DNA from: Escherichia phage ECP2303
Direction: 5' to 3' (one strand)
Sequence record: PP261279.1
Length of the DNA stretch: 64,000 bases
The notes beneath the pieces were generated by a model. It was not told the DNA's origin, did not search any database, and saw only the letters and a list, made by a program, of their open reading frames with translations. The position numbers were made by a program, and so were the translations under genes. Shown piece by piece: positions 27,978 through 37,332 of this stretch (positions within the stretch are counted from its first letter, which is position 1; every line of letters starts with the position of its first letter).

Positions 27978-28286
27978 ATGTACAAGCACTCCAGAGATCT
28001 TGAAAACGATGCTGTGTTTGGGGATCAGATGAAAGAATTGGTTAAACTTATAGGTAGGATAGAGGATAAGTTTGACACTAAGATCTACATCGACAGCAAA
28101 GTATTCAACCACAAAATATGGACAAATCTGTGTGTTGGACTGCATGGAGATAAAGATGTGGTAAATTTAGTTGTAATTAAGTTCATAGTGTGGCAGAATA
28201 AAACTATAAATTATTACGATCCGCACCTGCTTGTTTACCCGATAAAAGACCTATTAGAGAAGGAGGACTGCAATGCCGTTATTTAA
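27978..28286 (+). CDS. hypothetical protein
   Basis: 102-aa ORF with a GTGAGG Shine-Dalgarno. Confidence 0.5.
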   Translation: MYKHSRDLENDAVFGDQMKELVKLIGRIEDKFDTKIYIDSKVFNHKIWTNLCVGLHGDKDVVNLVVIKFIVWQNKTINYYDPHLLVYPIKDLLEKEDCNAVI

Positions 28287-28542
28287 TCTTGCTAAACCTG
28301 TAGAAGCACACCAGTTTGACGGAAGCTCTTCATCAGTATCTGATCTGCAACGGTGGATTGATACAGGTGTGTTTACACCGTCACCTGTTCGGACCAGAGA
28401 TATTCTTCGCATGTGTGAGCTTGTGGAGCCGTTTGGTAACCTGGTCTTGTACCAAGGGGATTGGTTAGTTGACTTTATGGGAGACTGGTTGGTAATGAGC
28501 AAAGAAGAGATGTTTAAAATTTTTAAGGAAGAGGCTGAGTAA
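28273..28542 (+). CDS. hypothetical protein
   Basis: 89-aa ORF with AAGGAGGA Shine-Dalgarno. Confidence 0.5.
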   Translation: MPLFNLAKPVEAHQFDGSSSSVSDLQRWIDTGVFTPSPVRTRDILRMCELVEPFGNLVLYQGDWLVDFMGDWLVMSKEEMFKIFKEEAE

Positions 28543-29825
28543 TGCATCAGATCAAAACAACACTGTACGCACTGAACAAAGATGGCAGCTACCAACAGTG
28601 GAAAGTATTCACGGATGGTGATAAGGTTATTGTAGAGTTTGGCAAGCTTGATGGTAAACTGCAATACAAAGAGACGATCTGCACACCTAAGAACGTGGGT
28701 CGTGCCAATGAAACTACAGCTGAGCAACAGGCTGAGCTGGAAGCGATCAGTAAGTGGGAAAAACAAGTCCGTCTGGGGTATGTTGAAAATATGGAAGATT
28801 GCGAGCAGGGTGTTGACCTTTTACCCATGCTGGTGCATGACTACCTGAAGCGTGGAAAGGCACTTAAATTACCTTGCTGGATCTTGCGTAAGTTAGATGG
28901 CCTTCGTCTACTGGTTGTTTTCCAAAACGGTGAGCCTAAATTTATTTCCCGTGGTAATAAGTCCTACCCTATTCAAGGAAAGCTTCTGGAGCAACTTCGT
29001 TCTTTCCACTTCACCACCGGGATTAAACAGCTCGACGGAGAGATCTATATTCATGGTCTGCCTCTGCAGAAAATAGTGTCTCTTGCTAAACGTTGGCGCA
29101 CACAGGAAGAGATTCAGGCCGAGATCGATAAAGACTACGAGGCAGATAAAAAACGCCGTCATGCCGCAATTAAGGCAGGCTTATCAACATACAAAAACTT
29201 CAATAAGGTAGATATTCCTGTTGATGTTGAGCCTGTTCGTGATGATTTGCGTTACGGAGGGTACTGTAGCTATGACTTAGAGTATCATATTTTCGACATT
29301 CCTAGTGACAAGGTATGGTGGGATCCTGAAACAGAATCTGGACGATGCAAGGATCTTATGGATGCAGAAGATACCATTACCACCCTGATGCTTGACCATA
29401 TCAAGGTTGTTGACGCAGAGCTTGCGTACACAGTTGATCATTGCGAAGAATCTGTTGGTGTATTCATGTCCGAAGGATATGAAGGTACTATCATGCGTAA
29501 CTTCTGTGGTAAATATGAATATGGTCAGCGAACATCTGAAGCATTGAAATGGAAAAAGTTCAACGATGCTGAGGTGAAAGTTATTGACGTTGAGAAAGAT
29601 AAGAATGATGAAGGTGTTCTTATCTGCGTTGACAAGGAAGGTATAGTTGTTAAAATGAAGATGAAAGGCACGCACGAGGAGCGTAGCTATGACAGGATGC
29701 AGGAAATGATCGGCAAGTTTGTCACCTTCAAATATCAAGCAAGGACAGAAGACAACAACTACCAATTCCCTGTCGGCATCTGCGTCCGAAATGTTAACCC
29801 GGACACTTGGGAGGTTCTGGAATGA
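28542..29825 (+). CDS. ATP-dependent DNA ligase (putative)
   Basis: 427 aa with a KxDG adenylation motif (LRKLDGLR) and an EGTIMR-type motif. Confidence 0.65.
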   Translation: MHQIKTTLYALNKDGSYQQWKVFTDGDKVIVEFGKLDGKLQYKETICTPKNVGRANETTAEQQAELEAISKWEKQVRLGYVENMEDCEQGVDLLPMLVHDYLKRGKALKLPCWILRKLDGLRLLVVFQNGEPKFISRGNKSYPIQGKLLEQLRSFHFTTGIKQLDGEIYIHGLPLQKIVSLAKRWRTQEEIQAEIDKDYEADKKRRHAAIKAGLSTYKNFNKVDIPVDVEPVRDDLRYGGYCSYDLEYHIFDIPSDKVWWDPETESGRCKDLMDAEDTITTLMLDHIKVVDAELAYTVDHCEESVGVFMSEGYEGTIMRNFCGKYEYGQRTSEALKWKKFNDAEVKVIDVEKDKNDEGVLICVDKEGIVVKMKMKGTHEERSYDRMQEMIGKFVTFKYQARTEDNNYQFPVGICVRNVNPDTWEVLE

Positions 29826-29949
29826 TGTAGGAAGGTTTAGTAGGTAACGGTAGCCAATTGAATGATGGTTTTTCAATTGGCACCTGCATAACCACATTAT
29901 GCAGTGTTGTTGATCGGGTTAGTTATGAGTAAATTGGAGAGTATGAAAA

Positions 29950-30420
29950 ATGAAACTTGATAAAAATGTTCAACGAAAAGCTTTCTTGGATATGATCGCA
30001 TATTCAGAAGGTACAGATAACGGTAGACAACCTACCAAGGATCGGGGCTATGATGTCATAGTCGGTGGCAAGCTGTTTAGCGATTACAGCAAGCATCCGG
30101 GTGTGTACGTTAAGCTAAATGCTAAACTTACCTCCTCTGCTGCGGGGCGCTACCAAGTTTTGGAGAAGTTTGCTAAACACTATATGAAACAGTTAGGATT
30201 ACCAGATTTTGGCCCTGCCAGTCAGGATAAGATCGCACTACAATTGATCCGTGAGTGCAAGGCGCTCGATGATATTGATGAAGGTCGTATTCATCAGGCC
30301 ATCCATCTTTGCAGATCCCGATGGGCAAGCCTTCCTGGTGCAGGGTATGGTCAGCACGAACAGAAGATCGAAAAGTTGATCGAGGTGTTTAAAAAGTCAG
30401 GCGGTGTTGTCCTAGATTAA
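29950..30420 (+). CDS. endolysin, lambda R-like lytic transglycosylase
   Basis: 156 aa; near-collinear similarity to lambda R as recalled from memory (QRKAFLDMIAYSEGTDNGRQ, YDVIVGG, AGRYQ, WASLPGAGYGQ). Confidence 0.8.
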   Translation: MKLDKNVQRKAFLDMIAYSEGTDNGRQPTKDRGYDVIVGGKLFSDYSKHPGVYVKLNAKLTSSAAGRYQVLEKFAKHYMKQLGLPDFGPASQDKIALQLIRECKALDDIDEGRIHQAIHLCRSRWASLPGAGYGQHEQKIEKLIEVFKKSGGVVLD

Positions 30421-30423
30421 TCA

Positions 30424-30452
30424 TTGACATGACCACATGGATGTGGTATTGT
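30424..30452 (+). promoter_or_regulatory. sigma70-like promoter with embedded palindrome
   Basis: TTGACA-N17-TATTGT; the spacer contains the inverted repeat CCACATGGATGTGG. Confidence 0.45.
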
Positions 30453-30483
30453 TACCCAGTAAAATGTTAAGGAGAGTTTAACC

Positions 30484-30690
30484 ATGAAAGATTTTCTGTT
30501 GGCAATTTTATTCATGGCAGCATGCTTTGCCTGTGGTGTCGTGTTTGCAGGTGAAACAGCGTATCTTGTAGATGTATATCGGGACAATGGTAAACGTATT
30601 TGCCTTTATGAAACAAGCCAAGGTGAGCTCTACGAGCTTGTGAAACAAGGCGAGGCTGGATCTTGTCCTCGGACTCACTTCTTCGAATAA
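30484..30690 (+). CDS. small secreted or membrane-anchored protein
   Basis: 68 aa with a single N-terminal hydrophobic segment (LLAILFMAACFACGVVFAG). Confidence 0.5.
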   Translation: MKDFLLAILFMAACFACGVVFAGETAYLVDVYRDNGKRICLYETSQGELYELVKQGEAGSCPRTHFFE

Positions 30691-30700
30691 GGGTGGTAAT

Positions 30701-30919
30701 ATGGCTTTAGAAGGCACTGATTATATTCACGATTATCGTGGGAGTGCAGTGTATGTGGGAGATACTGTTGCAGTATACTACGGTTATGGTTCCCTAGAAA
30801 CAGCGAAGGTCATACAGATCAAGAATGACCGTGCTAAGCTTGAAGTTTATTACTCTAATGGCGAAAGATCGATTTCTAAGTGGAAAGATGGTCATTGTAT
30901 GGTCAAATTGGAGGGCTGA
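30701..30919 (+). CDS. hypothetical protein
   Basis: 72-aa ORF; stop overlaps the next start. Confidence 0.5.
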   Translation: MALEGTDYIHDYRGSAVYVGDTVAVYYGYGSLETAKVIQIKNDRAKLEVYYSNGERSISKWKDGHCMVKLEG

Positions 30920-31383
30920 TGGAAGACGGACGTTTAATGAAGTCTGAACGCAGGCTTATTGTGCAACTGATCCCGGAAACAGCTTGGTATAATAACCTCA
31001 GAAACGCTGTGAAGAAGAGTGAGTGGGATAAGATCCGTAAGAAGTGCTACAGAGAAGCCAACTACACTTGTGAGGTGTGCGGTGGTAAAGGCAGCAAACA
31101 TCCGGTGGAGTGTCATGAACTTTACACTTTCGAAGATGGAGTGATCCGGCTTGTCGGACTGATAGCGTTGTGCCCAGATTGTCACACATCGGTGCATCCT
31201 GGGTTAGCAAATATCCGTGGAAAGTATGCTCAGGCAGTTAATCAGTTGGCTAAGGTGAATAAGATCACCAAGGGTATGGCAGAGGCGTATTACCGAGACT
31301 GCTTTGCAGAGTGGCGTGAGCTTAGTAAAGTTCCAGAATGGAAGACTGACTTTTCGTGGATAGAGGGTTACCTTGATGGCTAA
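30919..31383 (+). CDS. Zn-binding HNH-like protein (putative nuclease)
   Basis: Trimmed to the ATG after GGAGGG; CEVCGG...ECHEL...CPDCH Cys/His cluster. Confidence 0.45.
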   Translation: MEDGRLMKSERRLIVQLIPETAWYNNLRNAVKKSEWDKIRKKCYREANYTCEVCGGKGSKHPVECHELYTFEDGVIRLVGLIALCPDCHTSVHPGLANIRGKYAQAVNQLAKVNKITKGMAEAYYRDCFAEWRELSKVPEWKTDFSWIEGYLDG

Positions 31384-31666
31384 GAAACCTGTAAAAGAGA
31401 AATTCGATAAGACAGCTTTTGTATTTGATACGCCTCTGGACGACATTATCAGAGGTATGCAAGCACTGTATCGAAAGGCTGAATCTGAGCAGTTGTCTGA
31501 ATCAGAACTTTACTGGCTTGGTTGGTGGGAGTTAAACCTGCCTAAAGCTGAAAGTTCTTGTCTGAGAACTGTTAAAACGTGCGCCCAAGAAAACGCTGCA
31601 CTTGGAATCTACCACAAAAGGAAAAGATCAACAAAAGGCTCTCCAAGAAAGACTAAAAAGTCTTGA
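31373..31666 (+). CDS. hypothetical protein
   Basis: 97-aa ORF with a basic C-terminal tail. Confidence 0.45.
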   Translation: MMAKKPVKEKFDKTAFVFDTPLDDIIRGMQALYRKAESEQLSESELYWLGWWELNLPKAESSCLRTVKTCAQENAALGIYHKRKRSTKGSPRKTKKS

Positions 31667-31692
31667 CAAAAGTGCTATTAATCTGATATTAT
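31663..31692 (+). promoter_or_regulatory. sigma70-like promoter
   Basis: TTGACA-N18-TATTAT, followed by an AGGAG Shine-Dalgarno and the ATG at 31726. Confidence 0.55.
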
Positions 31693-31725
31693 CAGTCAGA
31701 TATTTATAAACTAGGAGAACTAGAC

Positions 31726-32034
31726 ATGCTTAAAATTTTTATTGTTGAAGATAAAGATATTGTCCAGTTGTATGCAAACGAGAATCATAAAGGTATGATC
31801 CTGAAGAAGGCAAGCAACCTTCATGAAAACACCATTCAACCTGGCGATGTAATTAAGATCTGTGGCTATCTGATACCAGACTCCTTGATGAAAATAACCC
31901 ACCACTGGGGGTCTAATCCGTTCCTTTTTGAAAAATATTGGGATGTTGAGTCGCTTATTGCAGAGAGTGATGATGCATTCCATTACAGCATCCAACCATC
32001 TTGCAGAATAACTAACAGGAGGGTCTTTGAGTAG
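31726..32034 (+). CDS. hypothetical protein
   Basis: 102-aa ORF with strong Shine-Dalgarno downstream of a promoter. Confidence 0.55.
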   Translation: MLKIFIVEDKDIVQLYANENHKGMILKKASNLHENTIQPGDVIKICGYLIPDSLMKITHHWGSNPFLFEKYWDVESLIAESDDAFHYSIQPSCRITNRRVFE

Positions 32035-33166
32035 AGAATATCCGCTTATTGAGTCCATAGATTGTCTAGCTGATCTTCTTGAACCTGACGCTATAGTTTA
32101 TTATGACTTCGATCAGGTTGCATATCAAGCTGCAGCAAGTTGTGAAAAAAGGACAATTGAGGTAACACATAAAGCCTCAGGACGTAAGAAGGTGTTTAAA
32201 ACACGAACAGAGTTTTGGGGGAGGCAGAAGAACGCAGTTGGCGGCTGGTTAAAGGCTGAGAACACCAACCGTGAAGCTGCATGTAAAAAAGCTGGCAAGG
32301 AGTTTATTCCGTGGACACGCGAAGATTTCGATGTCTTGGATATCCAAACCCCCGATCCTGTAGAGAACTGCTTGCACACAATTAAGTGTAAAGCTAATGC
32401 AGTCCTTAACTATCTAGGTATTCCTGAAGATCGGTGCGTAGGAGTGCTTGGGGGTACTGGTAATTTCAGACTAGATCTTCCCATGCCGGAACGATATAAA
32501 GCCAACCGTAACAATACTCTTCGACCACTGTTGCTTGAAGATGCAAGACAGTATCTCCAAAAGCAATATAACGCTCAAGTGATCAACGGTATTGAAGCTG
32601 ACGACTGGTTAGCTATCCAGCAATTTGAAGGTTGGAACCACTACCAGAAAACAGGAAAGTTCAACAAGTTTATTATCTCTATAGATAAGGACCAGCGAAC
32701 ACTTCCTGGGCTTGTATTCGATCCGATGAGGAACGATAAAGGTGATTTTGTAAGAGAAACCCCTATGCTCATTGATAACGGTATGGGTAACATATTCATG
32801 AAGCCAAACGGTGATGTTGGTGGGTATGGAATGTTGTTCTTCGGTTATCAAATGCTGTGTGGTGATTCGGCTGACAATATTAAGCCTTACCAAGGGCTTA
32901 TTGGTAAAGGAAAGTTCGGGGATGCATCTGCATTCTCCTTACTGTCTCAGTGCAGCACACCGAAAGAGATGTGGTTAGCAATCATTGATCAGTATAAAAA
33001 ATGGTTTCCGAAAGGTGCCGTTAAGTATACTGATTTCAATGGCATAGACCGTAGGATTTCCGTAGGTCAGTGGATGAGTATAATTTTCGACTGTTTGTAT
33101 ATGAAGCGATCATTCAATGACCAAACAAAACTTGTTAACGTTCTTAGAAATGTTGGAGCAATTTGA
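32027..33166 (+). CDS. 5'-3' exonuclease / flap endonuclease (FEN family)
   Basis: 379 aa; YKANR and GDSADNIKPYQG motifs typical of FEN / Pol I 5' nuclease domains; likely TTG start after AGGAGGG. Confidence 0.65.
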   Translation: MSREYPLIESIDCLADLLEPDAIVYYDFDQVAYQAAASCEKRTIEVTHKASGRKKVFKTRTEFWGRQKNAVGGWLKAENTNREAACKKAGKEFIPWTREDFDVLDIQTPDPVENCLHTIKCKANAVLNYLGIPEDRCVGVLGGTGNFRLDLPMPERYKANRNNTLRPLLLEDARQYLQKQYNAQVINGIEADDWLAIQQFEGWNHYQKTGKFNKFIISIDKDQRTLPGLVFDPMRNDKGDFVRETPMLIDNGMGNIFMKPNGDVGGYGMLFFGYQMLCGDSADNIKPYQGLIGKGKFGDASAFSLLSQCSTPKEMWLAIIDQYKKWFPKGAVKYTDFNGIDRRISVGQWMSIIFDCLYMKRSFNDQTKLVNVLRNVGAI

Positions 33167-33489
33167 TGACTAAAAATTCTGTAGATAATGCAATTATGGA
33201 AGCTGTTTTTGAGGATGACCATACAACAGGTACCATTAAAACAAAAAATACATTTATTGTTGCCACAGGTATGTGGCGGTTGTATGAAGATGACACTATT
33301 GCATACATCCTGTATACTGATGATTACGCAGATGATCGTGTATGGTCTGCTGTTTTAAAAGAGGATTGCGAGCTGATTGAGGGCGAGCGGTTATGCATGT
33401 TTACCAGCGTGGAAACAGACGTTAAGCTTTGCTCTCTTGTGCTATTCAAAGACAAAGCTTATTCTCCAGATGAAGAGGAAACAGCATGA
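33163..33489 (+). CDS. hypothetical protein
   Basis: 108-aa ORF, overlapping start/stop with neighbours. Confidence 0.5.
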   Translation: MMTKNSVDNAIMEAVFEDDHTTGTIKTKNTFIVATGMWRLYEDDTIAYILYTDDYADDRVWSAVLKEDCELIEGERLCMFTSVETDVKLCSLVLFKDKAYSPDEEETA

Positions 33490-34115
33490 GAGAAAGACTG
33501 CTGTCTATAGACCAGTCTCTTACCCACACAGCCTGTGTTGTATGGGACGATGGTAGGCCTGTTCATAAGGTTGTGTTACGCACACAAAGCTCATCTGCAA
33601 AAGAGAAGAAACCAGGGACGGTTTCTTTTGCAACAGCTGCTGAGCGTATTGACTGGATCTGCAAACAGGTTAGATATTATATCCACACGCACGGCGTTGA
33701 CACCGTGGTTATGGAAGGGCTCTCCTTCGGATCGCGAGGAGATGCCACACGTGAACTGGCTGGGTTGTTTTACGGTCTTGAAGTTATGCTTTGGGATGCT
33801 TTAGCAGATTGTGAAAATGACGGCCTGTTTAAGGTTCACACAGTGACACCAACAACTGCCAAAAAGTTTGCTCGTAGTCATCTTCCTGAAGAACTTGCTT
33901 TTGAGGAGAAGAAAAAGCTTGACAAAAGGACAGGTAAAGAGCATACTGTGAAGAAACCTGTTACGATGGATAAAAAGTTGATGGTTAAGGCCTGTGAAGT
34001 ATCTGAACCTGGGTTCCTGGATGGGATCAACTTGGTACAAGGTAAGGCCGATCTCGCAGATGCTTATTGGATAGGTAGGGCGCATCTGGAGGGATTATCG
34101 CAAAGCGTAAAATAA
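33486..34115 (+). CDS. RuvC-like Holliday junction resolvase (putative)
   Basis: 209 aa; acidic residues in LSIDQS, VVMEGLSF and DLADAYWIGR match RuvC-fold catalytic positions. Confidence 0.5.
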   Translation: MRERLLSIDQSLTHTACVVWDDGRPVHKVVLRTQSSSAKEKKPGTVSFATAAERIDWICKQVRYYIHTHGVDTVVMEGLSFGSRGDATRELAGLFYGLEVMLWDALADCENDGLFKVHTVTPTTAKKFARSHLPEELAFEEKKKLDKRTGKEHTVKKPVTMDKKLMVKACEVSEPGFLDGINLVQGKADLADAYWIGRAHLEGLSQSVK

Positions 34116-34192
34116 GAAAGAAAGCTGTCAAAGCCCCCGTCCATAGCGGGTGGCTAAAAGATTCTAAGGACATAGCCGACTTTCGGAAAGAA

Positions 34193-34672
34193 TTGTCAGA
34201 AGAGCAGGATGGTCTTGATCCAATCTTGTGCGAACCACTTCGTAAGCCTTGTTTAGACCATGATCATCTGACTGGTCGTTGCAGGGGTGTTTTGTCCCAA
34301 TGCACTAATACCTTTGAGGGGTATGTGCTTAAATACTGGATGAAATACTGTAACGAGTATACAGATTGCAGTTTATCAGAGGCGTTACGCCGGATGGCTG
34401 ACTATCTGGAGAAAGACTACAGCGACTTCCCGCTCCACAAAAACTACAGAGATGATATGACAAAGTTCTTGAGGAGATGCTCTAAAGCTACGATTATTGC
34501 ACGTGCAGAATCAGATCTCGGTCTTGTCATTAATTCAGAGTATACCAAGCATGAGGCTATTGAGGCCTACATGCAGGAGTTTATAAAGAAAACTGAGGAG
34601 AGAGATTTCTATGGGGACGAAAAAGGTATTCAATCCTTGCGATTCAGTTCTGATCAGGATGAAATACCGTAA
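34193..34672 (+). CDS. endonuclease VII-like HNH protein
   Basis: CEPLRKPCLDHDHLTGRCRGVLSQCTN matches the T4 endonuclease VII family signature; likely TTG start. Confidence 0.65.
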   Translation: MSEEQDGLDPILCEPLRKPCLDHDHLTGRCRGVLSQCTNTFEGYVLKYWMKYCNEYTDCSLSEALRRMADYLEKDYSDFPLHKNYRDDMTKFLRRCSKATIIARAESDLGLVINSEYTKHEAIEAYMQEFIKKTEERDFYGDEKGIQSLRFSSDQDEIP

Positions 34673-34832
34673 CTGGAAAGGTGTTGTTGCAGATCGCTGC
34701 GTTACTGAGCCTAATTTATGGTTTGGCTCTACAGAGTATCATAAAGAAGAGCAGTGGTTGATGCATGCATTTGACGTAGATAAGGGCGAATACCGTGACT
34801 TCGCTTTAAAAGACATTCTTCAGTTTTACTAA
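34659..34832 (+). CDS. hypothetical protein
   Basis: Track ORF 34611..34832 trimmed to an internal ATG to reduce overlap with the upstream gene. Confidence 0.35.
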   Translation: MKYRNWKGVVADRCVTEPNLWFGSTEYHKEEQWLMHAFDVDKGEYRDFALKDILQFY

Positions 34833-34844
34833 GGAATCTTAACG

Positions 34845-35828
34845 ATGATGACAAAGTTAACTCTTGAGCAAATTTTAACACTAAAGCAACAGGGATACAC
34901 TAATAGACAAATTGCTCGTGAATTTTTAGGGCGTGAGTCGCGTGAGAGCTGGATCCGACTACAGCTTAAACGTGCACAAGAGAATATGTCAGAGATTGTA
35001 GGAGAGGCAACGGAGCGCTTCCTTGAAGAACATAAAGGTGCTAAAGTTTGGGTGTATGACACAGAGACATCTCCAACAAACGGCTGGTTCTTTGGGCATT
35101 ATAAGACCAACATTCAAACCTGCGGTATTGAAATTATGCCCTATATGCTGACTTTCGCAGGTAAGTGGTTAGATAGCCCTAGCGTGGTTGACTGTGGTCT
35201 TCCTGATTACAAAATGTGGGACGAGGATATTCACAACGATCTTGAACTGATTCAAGATTTGTGGTATTATCTGGATAAATGTGATGTCGCAGTAGCGCAC
35301 AACTCCGGTTTTGACTGTGGATGGGCCAACCAACGATTTGCATTTCACGGTTTGCCTCCAACAAGTCCATACAAAGAGGTTGACACCCTCAAGATGATTA
35401 AAAAGGCATTCCGTTTGAATGCAAACACGTTAGAGTATGCATGTAAATACTTCCAACTGGCCCGACAGAAGCTGATTGACCACACATTTGAAATGTGGAT
35501 CAAGTGTGTTCATGGTGATCTTGAGGCGTTTAAACAGATGCGGGAGTATAATGTTGGGGACATCTTGTCTCTGGAAGGCCTGTATTTGCTGGCGCGTCCG
35601 TTTGCTAAGCAGCACCCTAACATGTCATTGTACTACCAAGATGAGGAGTCAAAAGTTCGTTGCCCACGTTGTGGTGGAGAACACCTTCACGAGGAAGAAG
35701 CTTTGGCGTATACTCAGCTGAGTGCATTTAAAACATACCGCTGCGAAAGTTGTGGATCTGTTGTTCGTGATCGTAACAACATCCGTACTAGGGAAGAGAT
35801 GAAAAACACCCTTATTCAGATAATCTAA
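34845..35828 (+). CDS. DEDD-family 3'-5' exonuclease with N-terminal HTH and C-terminal Zn ribbon (putative)
   Basis: 327 aa; exonuclease motifs VYDTET, HNSGFD, YACKYF; C-terminal CPRCGG...CESCGS. Confidence 0.55.
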   Translation: MMTKLTLEQILTLKQQGYTNRQIAREFLGRESRESWIRLQLKRAQENMSEIVGEATERFLEEHKGAKVWVYDTETSPTNGWFFGHYKTNIQTCGIEIMPYMLTFAGKWLDSPSVVDCGLPDYKMWDEDIHNDLELIQDLWYYLDKCDVAVAHNSGFDCGWANQRFAFHGLPPTSPYKEVDTLKMIKKAFRLNANTLEYACKYFQLARQKLIDHTFEMWIKCVHGDLEAFKQMREYNVGDILSLEGLYLLARPFAKQHPNMSLYYQDEESKVRCPRCGGEHLHEEEALAYTQLSAFKTYRCESCGSVVRDRNNIRTREEMKNTLIQII

Positions 35829-35836
35829 CAAGTAGA

Positions 35837-35866
35837 GGGAGGCTTGCGCCTCCCTTTTCCTTTTGG
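35837..35866 (+). terminator. intrinsic terminator
   Basis: GGGAGGC-TTGC-GCCTCCC hairpin followed by TTTTCCTTTT. Confidence 0.7.
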
Positions 35867-35873
35867 AGGCACT

Positions 35874-36680
35874 TTGAGCAAGAAAGAGTCCAACGACAAA
35901 TATTACACAGACCCCGAGTATGCAGAATATCTTGTTGGTAAAGTAAAAGGTAAGTATGGGAATTGTGCATACGTTGAGCCTTCTGCTGGAAAGGGTTCTT
36001 TTTCAAAACTATTTTCAGAGATACTGTCGTATGATTTGGTACCAGATCCTGAATTTGAAGGCCCAACCCCGTGTATTAAGGCAAACTTCTTAGAGGTGTA
36101 TCCCAAGGCTGATGTATTCATAGGTAATCCTCCATTCGGCAAAAATTCGTCTTTAGCTTGCAAGTTCTTTAACCACTGTGCATCATTGCTAGAGCCTGGT
36201 GGAGCTATAGCCTTCATCTTGCCACGGACTTTTGAAAAAATATTTTTTGCAAACAAACTGGACATGTCGATGCACCTTATTTATAGCGAAAGGTGCCCCA
36301 AGAACTCGTTTTTACTTAACGGCAAACCTTATGACGTGCCATGTGTTTTCCAAATTTGGGAGAAAAAGGTGTGCAGTAGGGATCCTGTAGAGATCGGGGA
36401 GAATAAGTTATTTTCTTTTAGCACTCCGGATGATTACGACTTCTGTATAAGACGTGTTGGGTATAATGCTGGGAAAGTATTGGGAGAGGATGACCCAAAA
36501 TCTGAAGAATCAACATATTTCATAAAATCTTTAGTTGATGGTGTTGACAGAGTGTTTGCTGAGTGCTATTCTTCTTTTCAAGAAGAAGCAGGTAAGACTG
36601 CTGGAATGAAGAGTATAGGCAAGAAAGAACTACAATACATTTTGGAGACCAGGTATGATCAAAAGCATAGACTTGACTAA
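35874..36680 (+). CDS. DNA N6-adenine methyltransferase (orphan)
   Basis: Motif I-like EPSAGKGSF and motif IV NPPF; likely TTG start after GGAGG (track ORF begins 35844 inside the terminator). Confidence 0.65.
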   Translation: MSKKESNDKYYTDPEYAEYLVGKVKGKYGNCAYVEPSAGKGSFSKLFSEILSYDLVPDPEFEGPTPCIKANFLEVYPKADVFIGNPPFGKNSSLACKFFNHCASLLEPGGAIAFILPRTFEKIFFANKLDMSMHLIYSERCPKNSFLLNGKPYDVPCVFQIWEKKVCSRDPVEIGENKLFSFSTPDDYDFCIRRVGYNAGKVLGEDDPKSEESTYFIKSLVDGVDRVFAECYSSFQEEAGKTAGMKSIGKKELQYILETRYDQKHRLD

Positions 36681-37113
36681 AGAGCTTTCCGATGCAAAAG
36701 CTTTTGGTGAGACAGCCGTGCAAAGGGGACAGGCTATGGGGCTGGCACTACCTTTTGTCTTAAAAGAGCATTTTACAGATTTTCAGCTTATCCGGGGTGA
36801 AAAGGGTATGCTTATTCTGGAACATAAGCTGAGTAAGAAACGTTATAAAGTTGTTTTTAATTCTAAAGCTCCAACAAAACTTGGATTCAGAACTTACAAT
36901 CTCAACCCTTCTTATACTAAGGGTGTTGGAAGAGTGGAGCAGCAGCATTTCAGTGCTAGAGCTTCTTTAGCCCCTTTGATGATAAATTTCTCAGGTGTGG
37001 CTTTAGGATACCTAGATAAGAAAAGAGTTCTTCATGTTCGTTTTACAGACTTTGTAACGCTTTTAGCTAACAACGAAGTAGATGAAAAGGGACGTGTAAA
37101 AACAAACTTCTAA
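36655..37113 (+). CDS. hypothetical protein (possible PD-(D/E)xK-like)
   Basis: 152 aa directly after the methyltransferase; a weak D...EHK pattern is the only hint. Confidence 0.35.
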   Translation: MIKSIDLTKELSDAKAFGETAVQRGQAMGLALPFVLKEHFTDFQLIRGEKGMLILEHKLSKKRYKVVFNSKAPTKLGFRTYNLNPSYTKGVGRVEQQHFSARASLAPLMINFSGVALGYLDKKRVLHVRFTDFVTLLANNEVDEKGRVKTNF

Positions 37114-37128
37114 TAACGCACAATATGA

Positions 37129-37332
37129 TTGGAGACCGCAATGACACCAGAGTTAACAATTCCAGACAGCTTTTCAGAAGACTTTGTTCCAGAGATGATG
37201 GGGAAGATGCGAACACTACTTGATCAGATTGAGGAGGCTGTTTGGGAAGATGATGCTGTAGTGGCTAACGAGCTGGTAGATAAGTGTAAAAGTATTATTG
37301 ATGCAGTCGAAGAATATCACGGAGGTTTTTAA
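37129..37332 (+). CDS. hypothetical acidic protein
   Basis: 67-aa ORF with Shine-Dalgarno. Confidence 0.45.
   Translation: METAMTPELTIPDSFSEDFVPEMMGKMRTLLDQIEEAVWEDDAVVANELVDKCKSIIDAVEEYHGGF

Noticed and set aside
30484-30690. Holin immediately downstream of the endolysin
   Set aside because: Only one N-terminal hydrophobic segment followed by a soluble domain; this looks like a signal peptide or anchor, not a holin topology.
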